Source: an uncultured Rikenellaceae bacterium (lineage in GTDB: Bacteria > Bacteroidota > Bacteroidia > Bacteroidales > VadinHA17). Taken from it: a stretch of DNA of 64,000 nt. Every line of letters starts with the position of its first letter. Position 1 is the stretch's first letter. The DNA lies in contig CAZWLP010000005.1 of the NCBI GenBank assembly GCA_964634565.1, positions 4,946-68,945 on the forward strand. Direction: 5' to 3'. The position numbers and the translations under genes were made by a program. Under the pieces are notes generated by a model that was not told where the DNA came from, ran no database searches, and was given only the letters and a program-made list of their open reading frames with translations. This document shows, one piece after another, positions 54,226-63,313 of this stretch.

Positions 54226-55284
54226 ATGAGCATTTTAATTACAGGGACGGCCGGATTTATTGGTTTTCACCTTTCCAGAAGATTAATACAGGAAGGAAAA
54301 AGGGTGGTTGGGATAGATATTATAAACAATTACTATGATATCAACCTGAAATACGGAAGGCTGAAAGAGAAAGGAATAGACCACAGTAAAATTGAATATG
54401 GACTTGCTCAGGAAAGTTCTGTCTACCCAAACTATACCTTTATCAAATGTGATCTTAACGACCATGAAACGTTGCAGAATATATTCATGGAATATAAGTT
54501 CACAAGGGTGATTAACCTTGCAGCCCAGGCAGGAGTAAGATATAGCCTGGAAAACCCCAGGGCATATATCGACAGTAATATTTCGGGCTTCGCAAATATC
54601 CTTGAGTGCTGTCGCAACAATAAGATCAGGCATCTTATATATGCCAGCAGCTCAAGTGTTTATGGTTTAAATAAATTAATGCCCTTCTCAACAAGCCATA
54701 ATGTTGATCACCCTATAAGCCTATATGCGGCCTCAAAGAAATCGAACGAGCTTATGGCACATACATACAGTCACCTGTTCGGTTTATCAACAACGGGACT
54801 AAGATTCTTTACTGTATATGGTCCCTGGGGAAGACCGGATATGGCGCTTTTTATCTTTACCAAAGCCATATTGGAAGGTAAGCCCATACAGATTAACAAT
54901 AATGGCAATATGTCAAGAGATTTCACTTATGTGGATGATATTGTTGAATCGATAATCAGCCTACTTGATAAGGAGCCGCAACCAGACCCCGGATGGAATG
55001 GACTGGACCCCGATCCTGCAACCTCCCCTGCCCCGTACAGGATTTATAATATAGGAAATAACTCTCCTGTTAAGCTGATGGATTTTGTAAGGGCAATAGA
55101 GAAGGAAATGGGGAAGGAAGCCAAAAAGGAGTATCTGCCAATGCAGGCAGGCGATGTAGAAGCCACATGGGCCAATGTTGATGATCTTATCAATATAACC
55201 GGGTTCAGACCGGCCACACCAATAGAAAAAGGAATAAGGAATTTTATTGCCTGGTACAAATCTTTCTATTCAGTAAATAAATAA
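54226..55284 (+). CDS. NAD-dependent epimerase (UDP-glucuronate 4-epimerase-like)
   Basis: 352 aa. ITGTAGFIG and YAASK catalytic motif. Lies 4 nt after ugd. Confidence 0.82.
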   Translation: MSILITGTAGFIGFHLSRRLIQEGKRVVGIDIINNYYDINLKYGRLKEKGIDHSKIEYGLAQESSVYPNYTFIKCDLNDHETLQNIFMEYKFTRVINLAAQAGVRYSLENPRAYIDSNISGFANILECCRNNKIRHLIYASSSSVYGLNKLMPFSTSHNVDHPISLYAASKKSNELMAHTYSHLFGLSTTGLRFFTVYGPWGRPDMALFIFTKAILEGKPIQINNNGNMSRDFTYVDDIVESIISLLDKEPQPDPGWNGLDPDPATSPAPYRIYNIGNNSPVKLMDFVRAIEKEMGKEAKKEYLPMQAGDVEATWANVDDLINITGFRPATPIEKGIRNFIAWYKSFYSVNK

Positions 55285-56517
55285 TTAAGCAAAAAACAGG
55301 TAGCCAATAAATATAGCTGCAATAATTCCTGCAAAATCTGCTATCAGTCCACAGGTAACTGCATAACGTGTATTCTTTATACCCACCGAGCCAAAGTAGA
55401 CTGCAATTATATAAAATGTAGTATCCGTTGCTCCCTGAAAGGTAGATGAAAGACGTCCGACAAATGAATCTGCCCCGTGAACAGTCATGGCATCAACCAT
55501 CATTCCCCTTGCCCCAGCCCCGCTTAGTGGCTTCATAAAGGCAGTAGGCAATGCATCCACAAATCTGGTGTCCAGACCCATAAAGGCAATAGCCTTACCT
55601 ATTCCGTTAATAATAATATCAAAAGCGCCCGAAGCCCTGAAAACGCCTATTGCGACAAGTATGGCAACCAGGAAGGGAATAATTTTAATGGCAATTCCAA
55701 ATCCTTCTTTTGCTCCCTCAATAAAGCTGTCATAAACATTTACTCTTTTTACCATAGCCAGGACTATAAATGATACAATCACTGAAAATAGTATAAAGCT
55801 CGCTGCAAAGGTTGATATACGTGCTATTTCCTCCCTGGGAAGAGAGCTGAAATACCAGATGATACCCAATATTACAGCCGTCATACCACCAAGATAAAGT
55901 AAAATGGTCCTGTTAAACAGGTTTATCTTCTGGGCAACGGCAACAGAAATCATTCCTGCAAGGGTCGAGAAAAATGTTGCCAGGAGGATAGGAATAAATA
56001 TATCGGCAGGGTTTGCAGCTCCAAGCTGAGCCCTGTAAACCATTACACTTATAGGTATTATTGTCAGGCCCGATGTATTAAGAACAAGGAACATTATCTG
56101 TGCATTTGATGCTACATTCTTTTCCTTATTTACTTCCTGCATCTCCTTCATTGCCTTAAGTCCCATTGGAGTAGCTGCATTGTCTAGACCAAGCATATTT
56201 GCTGCCAGATTCATCATTATTGATCCGTAAGCAGGGTGGTCTTCAGGAAGTTCCGGAAAGAGTTTCCTGAAAAAGGGACCAACCAACCTTGAGAATATTT
56301 TAACCACTCCTCCCTTCTCGCCTACCTTCATTAATCCCAGCCAGAGGGTTAACACGCCTGTGAGTCCGAGGGATATCTCAAAACCCGTTTTAGCACTCGA
56401 AAAAGTGGCATTTACCATTTCTCCGAAGACCTCGGTGTTCCCTGTAAATATTAATTGCCCCAGGGCAAAAATAAATGCCAGAAGAAAAAATGCTATCCAG
56501 ATGTAATTCAGAGCCAT
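55285..56517 (-). CDS. nucleoside-recognition-domain membrane protein (fused SpmA/SpmB-like)
   Basis: 410 aa and polytopic, with the two-halves pattern of SpmA/SpmB-type proteins. Lies 16 nt downstream of the HEAT/DUF1080 gene. Confidence 0.75.
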   Translation of the reverse strand: MALNYIWIAFFLLAFIFALGQLIFTGNTEVFGEMVNATFSSAKTGFEISLGLTGVLTLWLGLMKVGEKGGVVKIFSRLVGPFFRKLFPELPEDHPAYGSIMMNLAANMLGLDNAATPMGLKAMKEMQEVNKEKNVASNAQIMFLVLNTSGLTIIPISVMVYRAQLGAANPADIFIPILLATFFSTLAGMISVAVAQKINLFNRTILLYLGGMTAVILGIIWYFSSLPREEIARISTFAASFILFSVIVSFIVLAMVKRVNVYDSFIEGAKEGFGIAIKIIPFLVAILVAIGVFRASGAFDIIINGIGKAIAFMGLDTRFVDALPTAFMKPLSGAGARGMMVDAMTVHGADSFVGRLSSTFQGATDTTFYIIAVYFGSVGIKNTRYAVTCGLIADFAGIIAAIFIGYLFFA

Positions 56518-56533
56518 ACTAAAATATAATTTA

Positions 56534-59500
56534 CTAATCCAGTTCTTTTATCCTGATATTCCTGAAGCAGAGTACTGATCCATGTCCGAGAAAACCAATA
56601 TGCCCTTTATCCCTTTTCAATCCGGGATGATCCCGGTGATCCATCGTCCCATTATCACGTGCATCAGCAATATCACCATCAACTATTACTTCTCCGTTTA
56701 ATATAACCCTGATATGGGTTCCCTCAACAATTACTTCTTCTGAGTTCCATTCATCTAAGGGTTTAAGAAAACCTCTTTTTGCCGGTATTACACCATAAAC
56801 CGATCCGTGGTACTGGTAAGGTTCCAGGCTGGCATATATATCAGCCCTGTTATCAAGAATCTGCAGCTCCATACCTACATATGCAGCATCGCCTTCCAGC
56901 GGAGCTCTTATACCGAGTCCGTTATTTGCTCCCTCTGTAAGTTTAAACTCAAATCTGAAATTAAAATTACTGTATTCTTTCCCGGTATATAGATTTCCTC
57001 CCGAGCCCTGGCCGGGCTTTACAGTAATTGTCCCATCTTCAACCACATAAGATGTCTTGTCTCCAATCCAATTATCCAGGTTACTTCCGTTAAAAAGAGA
57101 CTCAAAGCCTTCTGTCTTTTCCTGTTCTGTAAGCTTATATTCGCTGCTGTTAATCTCCCTTATATAGATGTCTCTGAAAGCAAGTTCATTTCCATGTGCC
57201 TGTAATTCAATTGCGCCTTTCGGAAATATGGGAATTGAACGATCCCAGTAATTTTCCATAATAACATCATCTACCACCATCTCGCCATTCAGCCAAACTG
57301 ATACTCTTTCCCCAATCATAATGATTCTGAATGTATTCCAGTCACCCACCGGATTATCAGCAACCAGGATTGGATCACTTTTATTAACTACATTATTATA
57401 AAGTCCGCCCGAACCCACCTGTGCTCCGACTTCAACCCTTGAGGTATCCCATATTTGAACCTGTGGTGTACCCCTTAAATAGATACCACTATCTCCTTTT
57501 TTTGTTATTCTCCAGTCAACCAGCATCTCAAAATCGGCATATTCCTTAATCGAACAAAGGTTAGCACCCGCACCACTGAACCATATTGCATTATCTTTTA
57601 CACTCCAGTTATCCTTCATCTTTTTATTGGCCTCCTCCTGCTTGCGGGCAAGTTCAGACCCACTCATTTTTGACCTTGAGACCGGGTCTTCAACCAGACC
57701 CTGCCATCCACTTAAATCCCTGCCATTAAACATAGATACAAAGCCCTTTTCAACCGACATTTCTTCTAGATAATTACTTACCCGCTGAATATCATATTCG
57801 CTGCCATCACCCTTAAGCAGAGCTATTACATCCTCGAGAACAAGCCTGACATTATCACCATATAAACCTGCTCTCCCATTATCGGCAGGTAAAGCAATCC
57901 GGATAGCAGACCTTATTGCCACCTGGTTAATAACATTATCGTCAAAATAGGCGGCAGCAAACATCAGTGCAGGGATAGTATTAATATCCGAAATATTTGA
58001 CAGCACCTTTACTTTCAGATCATGCGTCTTTGCGTAGGGCATTATCTTTCTCAATAATAATAATTTCTGTTCGCCGGTAATATCTGCACCTGTTACCTGT
58101 CGTATATATCCTTCAAAGGCTGGTTTCAGAAAACTATTATCGTCTGAGCTGCAGATATCAAACAAGGCATAAGAGGCAGAGCTATCAAGCCATCCTGCAA
58201 GTGCATCAAAACATAATTCTTTTAAACCGGCCTCCGCCCTGTAAAAATTATCAAGTACCAGCTTCAAAGCCTTACTTCCTCCTACGCCTTTCAGTACAGG
58301 AATTACTTTATATAATAACTCAGGCTCCGATGCTGCATCCAGAAGAAGATCAGCTCTCTTTTCTTTATCAGCAATTTGATTCGCCGCCATCACCAGGGCA
58401 GATTGTATCTGAATTATTTCCTCTCTTTCACCTGCAATCTTCAATAAACCAATTAGTTCAGGGATATCTTCTTCACTAACGATATTCTTAAGCGAAACAT
58501 ATGCAGCATTTCTTACCAGGTCGTAGTCAGAGCCTGTTTCTGCAAGCATCAGGTTAAAATACTTATTATCACCACTCTGTGCCAGTAACATCAGTGTAAA
58601 TGCTTTGCTAAGCTCTCCGGATTGAGGATATGAATCTGCCATCAGGTTTAATCTATCCTTATCAGCTATAGTTGAATATAAGGAGAATAACTTCTCCTGG
58701 TCTTCGATATCAGGGTATAAATGCATATATGAAATAAGATCACCGGCCGCCTCTTTTCCTTTAAGAACAACCATAGCTTGCAGGGCAGCCAGCCTGATAT
58801 CCCTGTCTGCATTATTTATCAGCTCTTTTATTAAGGGAACAACAATTAGGTCACCGCGTTCTCCCAGCATATGAATAATTCCGGGAACATATTTATCCTC
58901 CACATCTGTAAGAGCGTCCATATAGTAAGAAGATGCATCTTCACCGGCTAAATTTACTGCCAGTGCAAGTGCATGATTTCTAAGCTCAGTATTCTTATCA
59001 TCAAAATAAGAAATCAATAATTTCGGAGCATTAACTGTATCAATCTTTACTTTCAGGGAAAGAGCATTAGCCTTATACTGAATTGAGTTTTCACCGGCCT
59101 TCTTAATTATTTCATTGCATATCTTATCTGCTTTTTTCCTATCGCCTCTGTCAGCCAGTTCAGATGCATAATTAAGGTAAGCATCAACTGCACGAGTTCT
59201 CTCCCATGAGTAATCTGCCTTTTTTGCTGCTGATTCAAGTGTTTTTAAGGCACCAGGATCTGCGCTCTTTGCAAGTGCATTAAGAGCTGCGTTTCTCTCA
59301 TCCGGCGATCCTGAATTATACCACATTATATATTCCTCTGTAGCAATATCAGATTTTAGCAGTGCCAGTGTGTTCATAATAGAGGCAGCAGTACTGATAC
59401 TTCTATCCTTCAATTTATCTGCCAGCAGCTCTTCTGACTTTTTATGGCCCACCAGGGCAATAACCGACAGTGCAGATTCTGCAAGTTCAGTATTGTCAAT

Positions 59501-59917
59501 ATAGCTACATGAAAACTCTGAAGCTTTTTCACCACCAGCTATTTTTAACTGATTGAAAAAGAATCTCTTTGTATTTAGTCCGTCAGAGGAAGAAATAAAT
59601 TCAATGCATTTTGCTTCCCACCTATCTCTTATCTCAGGCCTGATGCCTTCAGACAGATACCTGCTATACGATTCGACCAGGAACCTGGCACGGGTATCGT
59701 CTCCTGTTCCAGGCTCAATAATTCCCGAGCAGACCTTATCCCAGCCCCTGTCTTCAATATCTGTCATAAGCTTCATATATGTAAAGAGGTCATCCTGATT
59801 ATACACAGGCATACGGGCAAGCATATCTGCCACTTTTGTTTCGAGAGTTCTTACATCCTGGTTATAGGCCCATAGTGAAAATAGAAGGGCAAAAGCAGAT
59901 ATTAATAATCTTTTCAT
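56534..59917 (-). CDS. secreted HEAT-repeat protein with two C-terminal DUF1080 (3-keto-disaccharide hydrolase family) domains
   Basis: 1127 aa with a signal peptide. About 700 aa of HEAT/PBS-lyase-like repeats, then two jelly-roll domains starting FVSMFNGRDLSGW... and FESLFNGSNLDNW..., each with NSG/NNG and ...FRNI/FRDI endings. Confidence 0.75.
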   Translation of the reverse strand: MKRLLISAFALLFSLWAYNQDVRTLETKVADMLARMPVYNQDDLFTYMKLMTDIEDRGWDKVCSGIIEPGTGDDTRARFLVESYSRYLSEGIRPEIRDRWEAKCIEFISSSDGLNTKRFFFNQLKIAGGEKASEFSCSYIDNTELAESALSVIALVGHKKSEELLADKLKDRSISTAASIMNTLALLKSDIATEEYIMWYNSGSPDERNAALNALAKSADPGALKTLESAAKKADYSWERTRAVDAYLNYASELADRGDRKKADKICNEIIKKAGENSIQYKANALSLKVKIDTVNAPKLLISYFDDKNTELRNHALALAVNLAGEDASSYYMDALTDVEDKYVPGIIHMLGERGDLIVVPLIKELINNADRDIRLAALQAMVVLKGKEAAGDLISYMHLYPDIEDQEKLFSLYSTIADKDRLNLMADSYPQSGELSKAFTLMLLAQSGDNKYFNLMLAETGSDYDLVRNAAYVSLKNIVSEEDIPELIGLLKIAGEREEIIQIQSALVMAANQIADKEKRADLLLDAASEPELLYKVIPVLKGVGGSKALKLVLDNFYRAEAGLKELCFDALAGWLDSSASYALFDICSSDDNSFLKPAFEGYIRQVTGADITGEQKLLLLRKIMPYAKTHDLKVKVLSNISDINTIPALMFAAAYFDDNVINQVAIRSAIRIALPADNGRAGLYGDNVRLVLEDVIALLKGDGSEYDIQRVSNYLEEMSVEKGFVSMFNGRDLSGWQGLVEDPVSRSKMSGSELARKQEEANKKMKDNWSVKDNAIWFSGAGANLCSIKEYADFEMLVDWRITKKGDSGIYLRGTPQVQIWDTSRVEVGAQVGSGGLYNNVVNKSDPILVADNPVGDWNTFRIIMIGERVSVWLNGEMVVDDVIMENYWDRSIPIFPKGAIELQAHGNELAFRDIYIREINSSEYKLTEQEKTEGFESLFNGSNLDNWIGDKTSYVVEDGTITVKPGQGSGGNLYTGKEYSNFNFRFEFKLTEGANNGLGIRAPLEGDAAYVGMELQILDNRADIYASLEPYQYHGSVYGVIPAKRGFLKPLDEWNSEEVIVEGTHIRVILNGEVIVDGDIADARDNGTMDHRDHPGLKRDKGHIGFLGHGSVLCFRNIRIKELD

Positions 59918-59942
59918 TCCTGATTATGATTAAAATAAAACA

Positions 59943-61211
59943 CTATATGGTCCATGGACCTCTTATTGGCTGATATATAAGCCTGTTTGCTCCTTCATCA
60001 TTTATAAACCTCTGTTTAACAGGGTCATATTCAAGGTTTCTGCCCAATCTTACAGCACATACACCAAGGTTTACTAAAGTGGATGACCTGTGACCATTTG
60101 TCTCATTCAGAGCAAACTTCTGCCTTGTTCTGACCGAATCACTAAAGTTTGTTACCTGCGGTTCAGGTTCTGGCAGTGAACTTACCAGTTTTTGGATATT
60201 TGGAATGTCTGACCTGAATCCTTTGTAAATTTTACCACCCGGTCCTTCGATATATGCAGCCTCTGAATCTCTGTTTTCCCCATCAAGAATTATTTTACAC
60301 CCGTCATCGTAGGTATACTCTATACGACGCCATGAACCTACTGCATCAGGATGTTGCTGAGGTGCATCAACTTCAATATACCTGGGGCTGGTATTGTCTT
60401 TTCCCAGGAGGTACTGTACTGGATCGAGGTAGTGCTGTCCCATATCACCCAATCCTCCGCCGTCATAATCCCAGTAGCCCCTGAAATTAGAATGAACACG
60501 AGCTACATTGTAGGGTTTATATGGTGCCGGTCCCAGCCAGAAATTATAATCCAGGTTAGCAGGAACCTCTTGCGGCTCAAGATTATGCTTACCACTCCAG
60601 TAAAATTTCCAGTCATAGCCGGTGTGTCCGCTTACTGTTACTTTTAAGGGCCAACCGAGCACACCGCTATCCACAAGCTTCTTTAGAGGTTTAACTGTGG
60701 TGCCGAGTCCATAGAAGGGGTCCTTAAACCTGAACCAGGTATTAAGACGAAACATACGACCGTAAGAGTTGACTGCCTTTACAACCTCAATTCCCTCTCC
60801 TATTGTGCGTGTCATAGGTTTCTCACACCATATATCCTTACCAGCCTCTGCTGCCATTTTAGACATTATGCCATGCCAGTGAGGAGGTGTTGCTATATGA
60901 ATAATATCAATATCAGGTCGGGCAAGCATCTCTCTGAAATCCCTGTAGCTTTCTACCCCCCTGCCTGTTATCTGCAAGGCTTTCTCTATATGCTCTGTGT
61001 CAACATCACATACAGCAAGAACGCGGGTACCCTCGTAAGGAATATGCCCCCGTCCCATTCCTCCTACACCAATTATACCCTTTGTCAGCTGATCGCTTGG
61101 AGCCATAAATCCCTGTCCTCCAAGTACATGACGGGGTACAATAGTAAGAGCCAGGGTTGCGGCAGCACTCTTCCTTAAAAAGCTTCGCCTCCCTAATTGT
61201 TTATTCTTCAT
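59943..61211 (-). CDS. Tat-exported Gfo/Idh/MocA family oxidoreductase
   Basis: 422 aa. Twin-arginine signal GRRSFLRKSAAATLAL and Rossmann GIIGVGGMG. Confidence 0.88.
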   Translation of the reverse strand: MKNKQLGRRSFLRKSAAATLALTIVPRHVLGGQGFMAPSDQLTKGIIGVGGMGRGHIPYEGTRVLAVCDVDTEHIEKALQITGRGVESYRDFREMLARPDIDIIHIATPPHWHGIMSKMAAEAGKDIWCEKPMTRTIGEGIEVVKAVNSYGRMFRLNTWFRFKDPFYGLGTTVKPLKKLVDSGVLGWPLKVTVSGHTGYDWKFYWSGKHNLEPQEVPANLDYNFWLGPAPYKPYNVARVHSNFRGYWDYDGGGLGDMGQHYLDPVQYLLGKDNTSPRYIEVDAPQQHPDAVGSWRRIEYTYDDGCKIILDGENRDSEAAYIEGPGGKIYKGFRSDIPNIQKLVSSLPEPEPQVTNFSDSVRTRQKFALNETNGHRSSTLVNLGVCAVRLGRNLEYDPVKQRFINDEGANRLIYQPIRGPWTI

Positions 61212-61237
61212 AATGATTTAGTTTCTTCAAGATAGAT

Positions 61238-61259
61238 TCTGGCAAAAGGAATAGCCAGA
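61238..61259. other. small stem-loop TCTGGC-N10-GCCAGA upstream of the Gfo/Idh/MocA gene
   Basis: 6-bp stem with a 10-nt loop AAAAGGAATA. Confidence 0.3.
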
Positions 61260-61291
61260 AATAGAAGGCTATAAGAACCAGATGTCAGAAT

Positions 61292-61356
61292 CGGGTTAAG
61301 TATGCAATTTGCATGATTTTGGAGCAAATTGCAAACTTAACCCGTTTCTTTTTTTT
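61292..61356 (+). terminator. 20-bp interrupted hairpin followed by a T-run, oriented for + strand transcription
   Basis: CGGGTTAAGT-A-TGCAATTTGC [loop ATGATTTTGGA] GCAAATTGCA-A-ACTTAACCCG, then TTTCTTTTTTTT (61345-61356). All 20 pairs checked by hand. Confidence 0.6.
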
Positions 61357-61373
61357 CTAACTAAAAGGTAAGC

Positions 61374-61994
61374 TTACTTCAGCAGGTCAAGCCCCTCAAG
61401 TGCGGAACTGCCATTTGGAGTATTTAAAAGAGCTTTTTGGAATAACACTGTTGCTTCGCGCATGTTATTTAATTTAAAATTCGACCATGCAAGCATTGTC
61501 AGCCCATCATAATCGAATGGATACAAATTGACAACCTTCTCGAATTGCTTTCTTGCCAGCTCGTATTCTTCCCTTCCATAATAAATAAGTCCAAGCCTGT
61601 GTATTGCAATAGAATTATTAGGAGTTATTTCCAGAATCTTTTCATATTGTTTTATTACCTCGGTCCAGTTACCCATGGCTGCTGCAGGATATACCAGTCC
61701 AAACCTTGCCTCTATTGCATAAGGCATAAGCGTAATAGCCTTATTGTAATAAGCTCTTGCATCATTGAAATTTCCAGAAAGATATGTTAACCATCCGAGT
61801 CGCAGATTTATCTCGTACGAATCCTCATTATACACCCCCTTAAGGGATGTGACAGCAGCGCTGAATTCACCCGTTGCTTCCTGGATGTAGCTTTTCTGAA
61901 AAGCATCCTTTATTTCGACAAAGCTCTGTCCTTCTGCATTAACAGAAAAAATAACTAATAATATTACAAGTGTTTTAACTTTTAAAATGTCCAT
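61374..61994 (-). CDS. secreted tetratricopeptide-repeat protein
   Basis: 206 aa with a signal peptide and several TPR-like units (ARAYYNKAITLMP, IKQYEKILEITP, ARKQFEKVVNLYP). Confidence 0.75.
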   Translation of the reverse strand: MDILKVKTLVILLVIFSVNAEGQSFVEIKDAFQKSYIQEATGEFSAAVTSLKGVYNEDSYEINLRLGWLTYLSGNFNDARAYYNKAITLMPYAIEARFGLVYPAAAMGNWTEVIKQYEKILEITPNNSIAIHRLGLIYYGREEYELARKQFEKVVNLYPFDYDGLTMLAWSNFKLNNMREATVLFQKALLNTPNGSSALEGLDLLK

Positions 61995-63313
61995 GATAAT
62001 CCTCCTATAAATGATAATGAATTAAATCTCTTCTCTGATGAAGTACTGTAATAATAATCAGGGAGCACATTCGCTGTATACTCACTTGTATATCTTGAGC
62101 CAAGATAAAATATAACTCCCGAATCTTTTACAGGCACACTAATGTCTGCCTTTATAATTCTCTCTATCTCGTTTATACCATTGTAAACAACCTGACCGCT
62201 ACCATCAACATAATTTTCTATTTCGCCGCTTAAAAATGCAACATCAACAAAAAATTTATTATTGGCCGAAATCCCTGCCATAGCTTCTAATACATATGAT
62301 CTTTCATAACCTCCGACAATCTCAGACATTTTCGCATTGTATCCGGCCCCAAAATACAGATGATTATTTGAGAAAGGATAAAATAAAAAACCTGATCCTG
62401 CCTGGAGGTGGTTTAGCGATCCCAGACGGGAAGCATAGCCATTAAGGTAAAGGTCGATCATCCCTCCTGTAAGACTTATCTCAGCACCACCTCCGATATT
62501 ATTTTCTTTTACCGGAATAAGATAAGCATAGTTGCGTGTGCCGCTGCTACCAAATCCTATCAGGGAATAGGATGTATGTATATAATAAGCTGATGGTGTA
62601 AATAACAAACCGGATGGATTGCTTACTAAGGCAGAAAGAAAATACTGAAACTGATTTACCTTCTGTCTGTAGTCGGGATATGAATCTGTTCCATCATTTG
62701 AAAACAGACTGTTTTCCCTCCTTATATAGGAGAGAGAATGCTTTAAGACAAATCCCGGATCAGGATTATTAAACATAGTTATACCTATATTTGAATAACT
62801 AATCGGAATAATAAGATTACCTGGTTCCAGTAAGTCACTTATGCTCAGGAAGTAGTTTACTATATCTTCCGACTCTGAGCGGTTATTAAGATAATCAACT
62901 GAGAACCTGTTCTTTTTAGCAGTATTAACGCCAGTTTTTTCGGAGAGAGATAAACTGAATAATTTTGTCCAGGCATCAGCAGTATAATATTTACCGCTAA
63001 ATAAGTAGGAATAATAAATATACTCTGTTGCGATCTGATCATTGTTATTAAATCCAAGCGCTTTTTTAAAGTGCCTGATAGCATTTAGATAGCTCTTCCT
63101 TTCATAATAACTTATTCCGATTCTCATTCGCATATAATAATAGTCATACCCCATACTCAGAGCTTCTTTTCCACTCTTTGCAAGATCCTTCCATCTGCCA
63201 TCCTCGTATTGTTTATACGTCAGGCTGTCGTAATAAAAAAAGTCAGTCCTATCCTGTGCTTTAACACTTGCAAAAAAACTGAAAAACAATATTATAATAA
63301 TTAACCTTTGCAC
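61982..63313 (-). CDS. TPR + putative outer-membrane beta-barrel protein (YaiO-like architecture)
   Basis: 443 aa with a GTG start. Signal peptide, an N-terminal TPR-like ~120 aa, then alternating-pattern strands ending ...GGLSWTF. The YaiO-like assignment is from memory of that architecture only. Confidence 0.5.
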   Translation of the reverse strand: MQRLIIIILFFSFFASVKAQDRTDFFYYDSLTYKQYEDGRWKDLAKSGKEALSMGYDYYYMRMRIGISYYERKSYLNAIRHFKKALGFNNNDQIATEYIYYSYLFSGKYYTADAWTKLFSLSLSEKTGVNTAKKNRFSVDYLNNRSESEDIVNYFLSISDLLEPGNLIIPISYSNIGITMFNNPDPGFVLKHSLSYIRRENSLFSNDGTDSYPDYRQKVNQFQYFLSALVSNPSGLLFTPSAYYIHTSYSLIGFGSSGTRNYAYLIPVKENNIGGGAEISLTGGMIDLYLNGYASRLGSLNHLQAGSGFLFYPFSNNHLYFGAGYNAKMSEIVGGYERSYVLEAMAGISANNKFFVDVAFLSGEIENYVDGSGQVVYNGINEIERIIKADISVPVKDSGVIFYLGSRYTSEYTANVLPDYYYSTSSEKRFNSLSFIGGLSWTF

